Part shown: in pieces, positions 30,488 through 44,317 of the stretch
Position numbering within the stretch: position 1 is the stretch's first letter
How the letters are laid out: every line of letters begins with the position of its first letter
Origin: Phoronis australis
Lineage: Eukaryota; Animalia; Phoronida
Direction: 5' to 3'
Length of the DNA stretch: 64,000 nt
NCBI GenBank assembly: GCA_002633005.1
Contig: NMRA01000027.1
Span: 657,265-721,264 of the forward strand
Position numbers and translations under genes: made by a program
The notes under the pieces: model-generated
Seen by the model: the letters and a program-made list of their open reading frames with translations, nothing else
Told to the model about the DNA's origin: nothing
The model's database searches: none

Positions 30488-32510
30488 TGCCTTTGTTATG
30501 ACTTGGTTTCTTCGTATTCTGTCTTGTCAATTTTTGGACACGTCTAAGCCAGACTTTTGATTTTTGTATTATAAGGTGTACTCTGTTACAATTTACAACT
30601 TGACATAAGAACACCAACTGTAGGTATTGAAGAGAATGACGAACAATGGTATTTTGCAATTGTACAATCCTCCAACCTCGCGCAACTAATTTTGTTAAGA
30701 ACATGTTCACTCGTTTCTACTTGTGGCCTTACGCTAATGGCAATTTCACGAACATAAAAAAACGACAGAAATAGGAGTTTGTAAATTGAACGTCACTGAA
30801 AGCTCATTTGGGATTCGCTTATAACTAACTTGAGATGCACAAAGAAGTCGGCGAAAGCTAAACAAGCATGAAATAAGCGCAGCTGTGTATAAATGTCAGT
30901 GAACCCTTGGCATAGTCGACAGAACCCACTTGTGAAATAAATGTCGCGTCTCGCGGCCTCTAATTGGGGCTATCCATTCAGTCAGGCCCCGTCTTCATGC
31001 ACTCAATCACCGTCTTCTCAACATGGATTCACAGTTCCCCGTCCTATTGTTTATCGCACTCTCAGCCATTTGCCACACTGATCGCGATTTGTTCCCAGAA
31101 GGTGACGTTTTTAATACTTTTCAAACGGCTGCGGATCATGGCTAGGATTAAGCACGCTCTATCGCGCATCCTGTAACGAGTGCACCGTCGTCCAATATCG
31201 CAGCACACTCCTCCATTCAAAAGAAGTCAAAGAAATCGTCCTCTTGTGTTCGCTTAACTGAGGGATCAGCCGCCAGAAATAATCCAATTATTTTGGTCCA
31301 AGTACTTCTAATGCAGTACACAGTGCTCAAACTTTGAGAGGGAAAATATTATATCTGTGAATTATTCTGAATCCAACATGAAATGCTGTTCTGAAACCAG
31401 TGCCAATCAAATATATCGCAAGGCACTTAAAACATCGGAACGTAGCGTCGATCTAACGTGAAAGTCATTTTACAAAAAGCAGAGATGTTTCAAACCTAAC
31501 CTAAGCAAACCTAACAAAAATACATAATATTTAAACGTCTGTCGCATTTTAATAGTTTCGATTTTTAATATTTGAGTAACTCACAAAGGCTTTGAACATG
31601 GAACGGACGTTGTTATTACGATCATTCTCAGAACTATTGACATGTTAAGTGGAGATTCTCAAAAAAATCTCGCCTATTATTCTACTAGAGAATTTGTTTT
31701 GAGCCCAGCTGTCTGTCAAACAAACATTTAATACTAGTCTTCAGGATAAGAATTCAAATGTAGCAGGAATATTTAAAACATTTTTTTTCTGCTAAAAATT
31801 CCATTACTGAAAGTCACCATTAAACATAAACACAACCGTACACTGTAAACAAGAAAGTACGAAATGATTATTGAACGTAAAACGATAAAAACACACACAC
31901 GTTCGTAAACCTTCTTTTGAAAAAAGGTAAAATGTGCTATTGGAGACTGAATGACCGTTACTCAATGACTTTACGCAAAGCACCTGGACAGCATGCGTGG
32001 CACACCATGTAGCGATTGATACTTAGGCTCGTTAATACAACAGTAGTCTCACTGTATTATCTAAAATCATCAATTTTCGTTTAAAGCGAAAAAATATAAA
32101 CCCACGTGACGTCTACGTGACGTCGACGCGACGTCCAAGAAGCGAACTTTTAAATTGGACGACCTGCTGTTATGAAATTGGTTTTTAACTTGTCCCTAAC
32201 TCACAAGAGAAGTGATTTATGGGTTTGGAAAGAACAGTTCGTTATTCCTTAGATCAAGCTCGGCTCATAAAATGACACGCCGGGACAAAGCAAACCAACC
32301 TCGGTGCATAAAATGACCCGCCGAGACAAAGCAACATATAGAGCTTTGTTTCAACCAATAGCAAAGTCTTCGTTCTTAAGAATTCTAAAATCACTGTTCT
32401 CCAATTTGACTATGAAAAATTCTGAGATTAATTTCATAACGTAAGAAGTCTAAACGAAAACTGTTTTTTGTGATTGAAGATGTGTTTACTACTGATTTGA
32501 TGTAGAAAAT

Positions 32511-32768
32511 TGCCTTCTGTTGCCAACCATTCCACTGGCCTTCAGTTGCCAACCATTCCACTGGCCTTCAGTTGCCAACCATTCCACTGGCCTTCTGTTG
32601 CCAACCATTCCACTGGCCTCCTGTTGCCAACCATTCCACTGGCCTTCAGTTGCCAGCCATTCCGCTGGCCTTCTGCTACCTGTAATATTCCACTGGCCTT
32701 CAGTTGCCAACCATTCTACTGGTCTCCTGTTTCCTACCATTCCACTGACCTTCTATTACCTACCATTC
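32511..32768. repeat. 26-bp minisatellite TTGCCAACCATTCCACTGGCCTTCAG, about 10 copies
   Basis: The tandem units are directly visible and explain ORFs 32489-32740, 32510-32785 and 32520-32972. Confidence 0.95.
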
Positions 32769-33234
32769 AGAAAGTATTCCTTTAAATTTGATTTCCCCTT
32801 TTTCTCTACCGGTCACGATGGAAGGCAGGGGCGACATTATTGCTTTCACATCAGACAATTATTGAAGTTGCACTACAAAGACCTGCCACATCATAGCCAA
32901 GGTCACGGTCGTCACTACAAGTCACCGTTCTCCTTCACCACCACAGTCGACTTTTTCATCAGCCGGCTGTAAGGACCGTTTCAATGAGAGGGACCCTAAC
33001 GGACGCAATTTGACAAGGAGCTCATTTTATTAGGTTTATCAGTGTATGGATTTCACGCTATCACTGGAGCTGTCACAAAGAGTCGTAATATGTGCTGTCA
33101 CGTCTAATCCTTGAAGTAAGGAGATAACGCTGTGACGAATGGCTCCGTCTCACGATTAGAACAGAAGTGTACGCTGTTGCAAGGAAAAGATTCACACGAG
33201 GACGGCAGTGTTGATGACGGCCACCACGATGATG

Positions 33235-33326
33235 GTCCACGACTTGTATCATTTGGATGTTGACGAGATCGATTAGACGGGAACGGTAATAGTCCACGAC
33301 TTGTATCATTTGGATGTTGACGAGAC
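33235..33326. repeat. 57-bp-period tandem duplication
   Basis: GTCCACGACTTGTATCATTTGGATGTTGACGAGA occurs at ~33235 and ~33292. Confidence 0.85.
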
Positions 33327-33349
33327 TGATTATACGAGAACGGCGTTCG

Positions 33350-33745
33350 CGATAATGAAGATGACGAAGTTGATGATGATGATGATGAGAGTCATGGTAT
33401 TGGTGATAATGTAGATGATGACGAGGATCGAGACAATGGCGGTGGTTCCTTTTTAATTATTAAGATGCTGGCAATAGTGATGATGATGATGACAATGATG
33501 ATAATGGTGATGACGGTGATGATGACGATGATGATCAAGATGATGATGATGATGATAATGATGATGGTGACGGTGATTACAATGATGATGATGATAATAA
33601 TGATGGTGATGATGATGATGATGGTGATGATGATATTGGTGGTGAGTGGTGATGATGATGATGGTGATGGTAATGATGGTGATGATGATGATGATAATGA
33701 TGGTGATGAAGATGTTGGTGATGATGGTGGTGATGACGACAATGG
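33350..33745. repeat. Imperfect (GAT)n microsatellite
   Basis: A long run of GAT/GGT/AAT triplets; it is the source of the poly-M, poly-D, poly-H and poly-I ORFs. Confidence 0.95.
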
Positions 33746-34239
33746 CAGTTGTGGTAGTTATAGAGAATTTCGAAACAGAAGATGGCAATATTAATGATGT
33801 TTACTTCATTTCTAGGTCGTATAAAGTTGTTGATCACAGGTGCTTGAACCTTCTGATTAATTACCTATCAACCTCACTATCACTGGCGTCATTGTTTAAA
33901 TATTTCATACAACTACACGTAATACAATACGTGATATCCGACTTCCTAAATGACAAGCTGGATAATTATATCATATTTAATTAATTAATTACTTCATTAT
34001 CCCTAGCTGACATTTCTAACTAATGGTGGTCTTTTTAGTGGAGAGTAATTTCGGACACGTCTATTCTCAAGACAATTTCATCTTTAAAAGACATGCAATC
34101 AGAGAACATTTTGATCAACTGTGAAAAAAGTGTCATCCTCAGAAACTGATTAATGCATTAATTGTTCAGTCTCAATAGTAGCTTTCACTGTATGTATCAA
34201 CTTTTGTCTGATCTTTTTGCATGCCTGGAAAAATTGCCT

Positions 34240-34480
34240 TTAAAGTGGTGTGACGAACGCAGGTGGAGCATTTGAATTTTTGAAAAAATCACGCGATTTT
34301 CAGCTTCAACAAATAATTCCTGGGATCAATAGTATCAATAGAGTATCGGAAATGATTTTGAAATGATTTATGATCGAATTTTTTTGATGTAACTAAACAT
34401 GTTAGCACTTTTTGTGACGGCCGTACGACACTATGATGTCCAGGAGTTGACATTTGACCCCAAGAGGTCGACAACGTGTC
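34240..34480 (+). mobile_element. Possible terminus of a Kolobok-like non-autonomous DNA transposon
   Basis: Begins TTAA|AGTGGTGTGACG..., which fits a TTAA target followed by an RR terminus. I did not find the opposite TIR. Confidence 0.25.
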
Positions 34481-35859
34481 ACGGGTGAAGTTTTGGATAG
34501 TTTGGGCTTCGTGTGATTGCACAAGTTTGATAATAGTGTGAAATACACATACTTTGTTTATTCATTACAATACTTAGCAACACACATAAAAACTGAGGTG
34601 AATTTTTACGTAAAATGACTCCCAAAACGGGTCAGTTTAAGAAATGATACTATAGGTCAAAATTTTAATTTTTTGTCACTGGTTTGACCTTTTCACGGAA
34701 TTGTACTTCAAAACCGCACTGTTTCTATCTATTTCAGAATTGTGGAAAACGACGGAATGAGTGTTGTAAACTACAGGTATTTTTAAAATTCTGCTTTACC
34801 AATCGAGATAAAGTTTGGTCAATGAAACCATTTCAATCAAAATTTAATAATATTTCCAAGTTGTATGCTTGTTGAAATTTGAATACTTTTACAAGAAACT
34901 CAACTGATGGGAATTTTGCCTACATTTTAAAATAAATTGCATATCCCAAAAATTATTTGGTAATATTTTGCTTGCCTGATGTCATAACGAACATGTTCGG
35001 GATGCAAAACCCTTCATACTTACAACGAAACCAAGCAACTTTCTCTATGTGTTGATTTAAAATGTAACGCGTGATTTTTAGGGATATTCATACTTTTTAT
35101 TTATCAGCTTGGTTGTCCTCGTCTCTCTTCAACAACAACTACATGTTCTGAACAACGCTCCGCCTTCGTAATCAAGCAGTCAACCATCGACACTATTTTA
35201 TTATATTAATTCTATGCGTAACATCTCCCTTGTCTCGGTAGAAAGTCCCCGAAGTTTATTATGCTGGAATCCAGTTACTGATTAAATGATCAGTACAGTT
35301 TGAATTAAGCTAATGAGATAATCCAGTTATTGAAGATCATTATGTTAAAGCGATTAATATCTTTATAGGATCTACCAATTTTTTAACAACTTCACAAAAA
35401 CATTCTCAGTGTCATTCGATCAGCCTAAATAATTAAAAAAATATTAAGAGCTTAATAAAAACGTGTATTTAGATACAAAGACGACTTAGCTTGGTTTTTA
35501 CTTTCATAGCTTAAAAAGTTCCCGCTTCGTTGTTGGAAGAACTGCGAAAACGGATTAATAGACAAACCGGATTTGTCAACACAAATTTGCAAAAGATACT
35601 CTTTAAACATGCCCGTTGTTTCACCAAAACGAGCTAATAACGGATTTAAGAATTTGGCTTTTAAATTTCAGGTTGCCACAGAGAAATTCACCCGCAAAAC
35701 AGTACGCAACGTGTACAAAAGCATTGTGCGGGCGGTCTAGTACACGTTGCATCAGGCATGCGCAGACCGCTCGGCTGGGTCCCACTGCCCCAAGTACCTG
35801 AATTCATTTTCCTTTATTAATGGACATAAGTAACACATACACGCATTAACACAAAATTA

Positions 35860-35970
35860 GACTGAGCTGAAGAGCTAAAGACCCGACTAAGGGTCTAGCA
35901 GAGGGAACCAGTGGGATTCGAATCTATGACCTTGTGAACAGGAGGCAAACACTCAACCACTCCTCCACGC
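35860..35970 (-). mobile_element. tRNA-derived SINE 5' head
   Basis: The minus strand reads GTGGAGGAGTGGTTGAGTG...GATTCGAATCCCACTGG, giving Pol III A-box-like (35957-35967) and B-box-like (35913-35924) motifs at tRNA spacing. There is no complete cloverleaf. Confidence 0.65.
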
Positions 35971-37104
35971 ATGCGCAGCTGAACTGTCAAAAATAGGGAG
36001 ACGTAGGGATCAAACTCAAGAAACTGTTTTCAAGTAAGATTGTTTAGTTGTTGAGAAGATTCCCTGACGTTGTAGTTGTAAAAGATTCTGTTAACAGTGG
36101 TTTACTTGCGCCGCCGTTTTCTTGAGTGGTGTCAAAACCGTTGATTCAACAGGATTTGACACCTAATCTTTATGTGCAACTGAGAATAAATTGTTTTCAT
36201 TCGAAACTTTCTGCAAAATCTCTGCTCGAGATTTAGGCAAGAGGCCATATGTTGTTCAAATCCGAACTAGAGGTGTACCATGATAAACTCACAAACTATC
36301 GACTGTGTAGGCCTACTGTGTCATACATATTCAGCCTTACTTAGTATCTGTTATAGTCTCTCTATTGAATTATAACAAAACTGTTACATCAAAAAATTCT
36401 AAACTGGATTTGACTTCGCCCGAAGCACCTGGGTTAATTTGAATAAATTGGTAATTAGCCGGTATCACTCGAGGCACTGTACTGATTAAATTTCAACAAA
36501 GACTTTTCAACGTCTTTGTTTCATCTACTTTCAAAATTGAACATCTCAAGCTTACCGAGTCACGTTGGATAGAGGAACTGTGTTGCTGCGCATTTTACGT
36601 TAAAACGTTTAGAAAATATTTTGGCTCCTTAAATCTAGAAAGTTTGTTTTTAACATGAAAGCAGTAAGAAGCAGAACCATTACACGGAACAGTGTGGCAG
36701 GGGTCATCAAGCGCTATGTACTAGAGCACAAAATAATACACAGTTATTATAAGTTTGTATTAAACTACAACGGAGCATCTCTAAAATATTTTCGAGTTCA
36801 ATAGTGGGTAAAAAGATTTGATCCCGGACACAGAACATGGTTAAAAGGGGTTTCGATAACTACATGTGTGTTCAATAACTACATGCGTATTCTTTAGTTA
36901 CGTTTAGAAAGAAATTTTATGAGTAGATGCATATATAATAATGCCATGACGGTTGACAAAGTAAACTAAACGAAACTGATACTTAACTATGCTTCAATGG
37001 TATTATTCTGCACGGAACGTCGACGAAAGTAGATGTAGTTAAGGTCCCGCATGTGATGGTTAGTCGGTTAACGACATTGGCATACCAGCCTTGACTACTT
37101 ACTG

Positions 37105-37350
37105 ACATTGATGACAATGATGATGAAAAAGGATGACGATGATGACGACGATGGTAATTGTGGTGGTTATGATGATAACAATGATGATGATGATGATGAT
37201 GATGATGAAAAGTGATGACGATGATGACGACGATGATAATGATGGTGGTTATGGTGATAACAATGATAATGATGATGATGATGATGATGATTATGAGGAG
37301 GATGACAGTGAAGATGATAACGATGGTGATGGTGGTAATGATAATGACAG

Positions 37351-37392
<42 letters not shown>

Positions 37393-37496
37393 CACTGATA
37401 ACTGTGATGAGAATGAGGTTTATGAAGGTGATGGTCATGGGCACCATCACCACCACCACCATCACCACCACCACTACCACCACCACCACCACCATC

Positions 37497-37530
<34 letters not shown>

Positions 37531-37830
37531 TCATCTTCACCATCATCATCATGATCATTATCATCACAATCGTCGTTGTAATTATCGCGATTGCTATTAT
37601 TACTATCAGCTGGACTGGCATCATCATTCCTATTATTATTATTATTATTATTGTTATTATTATTATTATTATCATTATTTCTCTTAACTCTACCAGTAAA
37701 AGCACCATCACACCACTACCACCATTACCACCACTGCCACCACTACCACTACTGCTGCTGGTGGTACTACCACTACTGCTACTGCTGCTGTTGCTGCTGT
37801 TGCTGCTGCTGTCACTGTTACCGTTGCACT
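37105..37830. repeat. Compound microsatellite: (GAT)n, then (CAC/CAT)n, (TAT)n, (CAC/CTA)n and (CTG)n
   Basis: The triplet blocks are directly visible and are the source of ORFs 36983-37711, 37133-37687, 37212-37838 and 37591-37947. Confidence 0.95.
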
Positions 37831-39304
37831 TACGGTGATTTTGAGCATCAATTCAAAACACATATATTACATAATAGCAGTACAACTAAAACATCTGTGC
37901 ATCACCTATATCAAATAACCGATTGGACATCTTTCCTAGCTTATTAGTAAATCATTAACTTGGGCTCTAAAAACACTTCAAAACACTTCAGTATTGTCAT
38001 TCCTATCACAATTGAGTCTATAAACTCCACGAGATTTAATTAAATCATGCTTTTGTGAAGTGAAATAATATCTGTGTTACAATATTTAATTATCAAGTAA
38101 TGGTCGGGTGTATCGCAATCGATTGCTTTATTCTCTTTATTCCAACACCAATTGAAACAAAGTTTGTTTAACAATTAGTAGATTTAGCTAAACTAATTGG
38201 CGATTTGCAAACCGGAAGTGGGCTCACAACGAGAAAGTGGCAGCTAAAAGTTAAATATTTAACCGGAAAGATCTCTCAAAGAGGTTTTGTGAGGAGAAGA
38301 GATGCATTTTAGGGACCCTATTTGCCATCATTCAATTTAAACTTGCCAATCTCTGTGAAAAGTCTCAGATTTTAAGACACACACAAGAATGCATTTGTGC
38401 TGACCTGTCCTGTTGACATACAACAGCCTTGTTACGATATGTTTGTTCGGTTTTTCTATTTGAGCTAGGATGACTTTTAAACGCCGATGAAGGGAAATCG
38501 ATACGGTCGTTGTTCTAATAGAATTGATATCAATTTTACATTATCGCTTACCTGCGTTCAGGATGTTTAAAATCTTTTTCGAAATCACTTAGCATATTTG
38601 TTCCTTTGTTGGAGTCCAATTAAGGACAAAAAGACTTCAATTTAGAACCTGTGCGTTCTGCTCTCAGAGTAGTGCGAGTTTAGTATTATTTTTAATGTCA
38701 TTGTGTGCGTAAGTAACTTCAATTATAACTGTTATTCGATGACGGTAATACAAATACATTGTGCGCCGAGTCGTCCGCAGTAGTTAAAGTTATCTTTGTC
38801 ACCGAAACCTGCAACTTCATACTTACAAAACAAATTTGAGACAGTTTAACACGTGACAAATGCCGGCTTTGAGCTGCAGAACAAACAGTACATCAGTGGA
38901 CAAGTTGGGCTGGTAACTCAACTAACTTATTTATTATTTATTCTGACAAGAAAAAAACAACTCAGACAACATTTGCTTACAGGTCCGAGACTTTTTGTAG
39001 ATTTTTTGGTTATTCTTTCCATAATTAGGTTTGAAAGTTGATCGCATGAACGCAAAAATTTCGGAATTATTAGCTTTAGTCACCTGAACAAAATTTTGCG
39101 TAGAAAATTCGGCAAATATTCCCACGAGCCTTAAGAATTCTGTGAAGCTACAGTGGTTGAACTAGTTAAGTGTCTGGGGTGTACACGAACACTCTTATTT
39201 CATAAGTTACTGATACTCTTATTTAAAATACCAGTTGCTGGGACAATATTTATATAAAACAAATAATTCTGTTTTTGGCTATACTATCTCGGTAAACAAA
39301 TACG

Positions 39305-39562
39305 TATTGAATGTAAGTATGCATGTACTTATGAATGTACGCGTGTATGTTCTTATGAATGTATGAATGCATGTTCTCTGAATGTATGCGTGTATGCTCT
39401 TATGAATGTTCGTATGTATGTTCTTATGAATGCATGCATGTACGTTCACATGAATGTACGTATGTATGTTCTATGAATGTATGAATGCATGTTCTCTGAA
39501 TGTATGCGTGTATGCTCTTATGAATGTACGTATGTATGTTCCTATGAATGTATGCGTGTATG
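39305..39562. repeat. ~24-bp tandem repeat (TTATGAATGTAYGCGTGTATGTTC) with a ~119-bp higher-order duplication
   Basis: TATG/AATG-based units recur. The block TATGAATGTATGAATGCATGTTCTCTGAATGTATGCGTGTATGCTCTTATGAATGT occurs at ~39353 and ~39472. Confidence 0.85.
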
Positions 39563-42500
39563 AAACTTTTGAGCTATTTCCCGCTAAGTTAACTTATCCT
39601 GACTCGTTGAGTCTTTAAAAGTCTTATATTGAACCTAACTAAATCTCTCCCCGTCACACTATGGAGGTATTTTCACTGGTTACAGTAAGCGAGAACAGTA
39701 CCTCGAACAAATACAACGGGGTCTCATTTTCGAAGGAAAACAGTTCTCGATTACCAAAGTCGATATCAGTCGGCCATTATCTCCTTACCTTATCCATTAA
39801 GTTGGTTACCTCTAGGGCATCTCAAGCATCGCTCAAGACCCTTGAGCCTTTCAAAACGTTTCTAAAGATGTAAATATTACACTCACCGTTAAAGGGCCTA
39901 TGGGAATTAGAGATATGTACATTTCGGCTTATAATTCTATCAATTGAACAAAGCACAGTGTCTATGGATTACATACCCTTTTTAATATTTGGTCAAACGG
40001 AAATGAAATTAACACCGTGCTCATTTTATCATATACTAACAAACGAGCTTGGTGACATTATTTCAACTGCTGTATTAAATTCGCACCCCGGGGAAACCCG
40101 ACAAGCAATTGAAATGGATTCAGTTCGCTTTTTGTGCTCACACTTTTGTCAACATATGTCAGTAAGAGTTCATCGTTGTTCTTACCACAACATTCTCTTG
40201 CAAACACTTGTACCCAACGGTTTGATTGAAATAAATTTAAACGCGAAAATAATTCCCCAGTAACAGGATTAATGTAGAAATTATGTTTTCTATCAGACTT
40301 GAAACTTGATCTATCATAACATTACCTCCAGCTAATTTGTCATGTTGTTTGATATTTTCATTCCCAAAAATATCATATAGCCTCAAATTACGGCAAGTAC
40401 GACCATGCTTATTGTCGTTCTTGCAAGCAGCCCCTGGCCAAAATACATAAGTATTTCTTTGTTTCACTACATTCTGTTGTGCTTCAGTCGGGATCAGTTT
40501 CCAAGTGAATTTAAATATGAAATCTATCAGCCACTATCAGCTCTTACCACCCTCTGGGTATACTGCGTTGGCATTTGGTATTACATCTCTAATTAAAAGT
40601 CAGTAGACCCTTTTGGCAGAAGCCGTGTGCCAATCCGAGTCATTTGTGCTAGAGTTCTTCTGCCAACCTATTTAATATTTTTACTATTTCGTAAATTATT
40701 TTCCTGACTAGCTTGGCGACATGTGTTAGCAACGACCACAATCAAGGGGACGAAACAAGCGCCTCTCCAGCCACGATCCTCTTAACTCCAGTTGCCGATC
40801 AGCAGACAAACTAGCGTAAGAAATCCTCAGACTTCTAAACTCCACACACGCACCGAAAATGCTCCATACGCGATGACCAAATTTCAGAACCGAGGACCAG
40901 ATTCCGCACTTGCAAATTCGAGCTGCTCACTAGAGTTGAGAGCATGGAATCTGGTTCCCTCTAGTGTGTAGGGAGTTAATAGGTGCGGGTCTGGTAGTTT
41001 GGGTATCGAGTTTGGTGTCTACTGGTCCAAAACTGGAATTAGGAGGCGCGGTTAAGTAACTGTTTCCATCCCTTGATATGTGAAGAAATCGCGTAGTAAT
41101 GCAAGTGTGCCAAGTGTACAACTTGCATGACAGGAAACTGGAGGTCACTGTGATGAGTGGACACAATGTGCGGCCGCGTTGCCTGCGGACGAACTCAGTG
41201 CCAGGCATATAGGTTGTTGTATTTATCACAAGAAAAAAGACTAGATTAATACATTCTTCAAAAGGTTCACATACGCAAGTAGTTTTCTTCAGTCGCCATC
41301 ATCATTGCGCCGGTTTATCTAATGTAATGTAATCGAACATGTTTTTTATAACGTTCAGCTTATCAAATCACCTATTTCTCTATGTACCCGGCTTCCTGAT
41401 GATGGTTTCATCTAAAATCGCCAAAACATTCTCCCAAAGGAAAGTTGCCGAAAATGATTGAGGATGCCATCTGTATTTTATTTAATTAAATGGACTAAAA
41501 TCCACGTCTTGTGTGAAAACAACTTTAGATTCGGGCAACTTACATTTAAAAATCTCGTCTTGTTTATTACTCAAACTATGAATGACTTCGGGACTTGAGA
41601 AGAAGCGACAGGCGCATGCCCACTGAATTGTGACGTCACGACGGGTTAGTTAGTCACCGAGACAGTATGAACGTCACCAGTGTTCCGGACGATTTAATGT
41701 AACAAAATTTCAATTCAAACATAGTATGCATATGAAAGCGATGCCCTTGATTTGAAAAAGAAAATGCGCTTGCGAAGAAAGTTGGGGGTTGTAGCACCAG
41801 GGCATTTATAACGAATTATAGTAAAAAATTATCTCAAAATAAGTTCTCTCAACATGACATCGTTTTTCATACTGGCCACAGTTCGTGATTCATAACGGCC
41901 GCCACAGCTACATGGCACCGAACTTACTTTTTATGAACTTTTGAAACATTGATAATAACATACATAAATACATACCGGGTGTACTTCACGAATTGTTCCT
42001 ATTTCAAGCATGTCACTCGACTGACTGGAGAATTATCTGATATCCTTCAAATAGCCGAAAACAAATGAAGGAGTACTTTTATGACTAGGTATATAAGAAC
42101 TTTCGAATGTCTACTCCATGATTGAACTAGTGTGTATTACCTTCACCTGAAACATGAACGGTTTGATACATTTCATGAATAATGGTTGAAATGTGTTATT
42201 ATGATATAGATCCCTTATATTGCATTATGACTCTAAAACGTTCCTAGATCTGAATACACACATTTCAGTCTTTAATTGTGAAAACGTCAAAGGTTGTACA
42301 CACGGGAATAGAAAGTCATCGTTTTGCTTCAGAGCTCTTACATAGAGTCCTATTGAACCTGCACAAGACGGGTATAAACTGCAGTGAGAACAGACCTCCC
42401 AAATCAGCTCGATTCAATACAGCTGACGTGTTTACATAAAGTAAATGTGACATAATGTTAAGCAAAACAAGAAAGCAAATTTTCCAATACATGCGTAAAG

Positions 42501-43081
42501 AAAATAATAAACATTGTACATTAATAGCCCTTTTAATATCGTCGTCTGACTGGCCGCAGGTAACAGGTATCGATAGCAGAAGGCAGACGTTCACAATGAC
42601 ATACGATTACCGTTCTGTAAACGACACTATTTTACATAAACGAAATGAAGCATCTTAAGGATATTCTTTTAATTGAAACCGCATTCCGACAATTTACTGG
42701 TCTTTGTGACAATTTATTTTGCATTAAAATTTAATTCGTTGGCACTGAGCTTGCGGAATTTATGAATGATAAGGATCGATGTCTTTAGGCTAGAAAGGTA
42801 GCTCAATTCACGGTGCGTCCATTATAAGTACAATGCCATTTTCAAGTTATTAAACTAAAATAACGATAATAACGGATTTCTAATGACAAGATCAATGATA
42901 ATAATTACCACAATAATTTTAAATATTTAGTATTTTGTATTGTGGAGCATTGTGCACCTTGTAGTATTCGTGATGGCCTTCTTAAAAACAGTCTCATCCC
43001 GAAAAGGTCATCTTCCGATTAATACAATAAAATACGACTTCAAGTCATTGTCACATTCGCAATAACATAAATGTAACAAAA

Positions 43082-43350
43082 ACACCATCACCATCGCCAC
43101 CACACCATCACCATCACCACCACCATCCCCATCATCATCATCATCATCATCATCGTCGTCGTCGTCGTCAGCGGCAACAGTTAAAGTGAGTAGTAATGGG
43201 GCTGATAGATGTAAGAGTAGTGAAGCCAGTAGCAACAAGAACAAGAAACGGAAGGATGATGTAATGCGGGTGATGAGACAGGCAGTTGTTGTTGGTGCTG
43301 GTGTTGGTGGTGCTGGTGGCGATGGTGGTTATAGGTGGTCGTCGTGATAT
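43082..43350. repeat. (CAC/CAT/CGT)n microsatellite followed by a (GTT/GGT/GCT)n microsatellite
   Basis: Triplet runs at 43082-43170 and 43285-43345. Confidence 0.85.
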
Positions 43351-44161
43351 TGTTGATCCAATAGTGTTCGTAAGAAGATGTGTGGCTTGCCTGTATCGAA
43401 CACTTCCCTGTGTGTACACTAATCTGAGATTATCTGCTATTATTACAAAACCTGTCACCAAGCCGTACTTGTCAATCAAGCCGTACCTGTCAATCAGAAT
43501 TGTACCTGACTTTAACAGCATCACCTATACTTATGTCCAATTTAGTCAATTTCCTTACAACTCATTGTATTAGATGAAAATACGCTAGGAATGTAATCTT
43601 TTCATCTCATCGTCTTCATAATCAGCCTGCCGATCTTGCTACCGAAGAGAGAACAGTGTCTGAGGTTCAATGGGAACCAGGGGAGTCCTCCCATTTAGAA
43701 GACATGCCGTGCACTCCACGGCAAGCAGCCAGGGGGGGGGGGGATGTCGAATGAAAGCCAACGGTACGATACATAATTTCAAGGAAACCCGACGTTAAGG
43801 CTACTTGTCTAGTGTTTAGCAAACGCTCCGTTAGAACAACTCAAGGGATTTAAAAACGGAGATTCTCGAAAAGTTGAATTTAATTTTAATTGAGGAAATG
43901 GTAAACCAGAACGTTTATTCCTTCAAAAAGACCTTTGTCCGTGGACACTGTAGCAGTGGCAAAGTATAATTTAAAACTCTATGGGAATGTCGATATACGG
44001 TAGAAAAGACATCTTTTAAATTTATCTCCTCTCCTCTCAAGATCGTAGAACTGTTTATTTTGAGTCGTATTGCGTTGTCAATTAACGCTACAAACTGGAA
44101 GTCTTACCAGTTCGAAAACGTGCTAATTAAATGAACAAAACACGAGAAATAGTCAGACGAT

Positions 44162-44317
44162 CAGTGCTGTAGTGGTAAAATTAGAGGTAAGTAGGCGCCC
44201 AAAGCCCACCGTATCACATTGAGTACTGAATGTAACTCAAGGTGCGTAGGCGCTATGTTCAAAAGCCAAAAGGTGGTTGGCTGCGCCTACGTGCGCCTAC
44301 GCCCCACTACAGCACTG
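44162..44317. mobile_element. 156-bp hAT-type MITE
   Basis: Perfect 14-bp TIRs CAGTGCTGTAGTGG / CCACTACAGCACTG. The 8-bp target-site duplication is CAGACGAT (44154-44161) / AAGACGAT (44318-44325), 7/8 identical. Subterminal GTAGGCGC/GCGCCTAC repeats are present. Confidence 0.88.

Noticed and set aside
32489-32972. 150-aa and overlapping ORFs
   Set aside because: They derive from the 26-bp tandem repeat.
33392-33984. Poly-His, poly-Met, poly-Ile and poly-Asp ORFs
   Set aside because: These are translation artefacts of a (GAT)n microsatellite that is open in several frames on both strands.
36983-37947. 184-242-aa ORFs, including an Asp-rich then His-rich peptide resembling a biomineralisation or metal-binding protein
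   Set aside because: They lie entirely within compound triplet microsatellites, with no signal peptide, splice context or unique domain. Expression data would be needed to reconsider.
43732-43743. G12 run as a functional G-quadruplex
   Set aside because: It is an isolated homopolymer with no supporting context, and its length is unreliable in assemblies.
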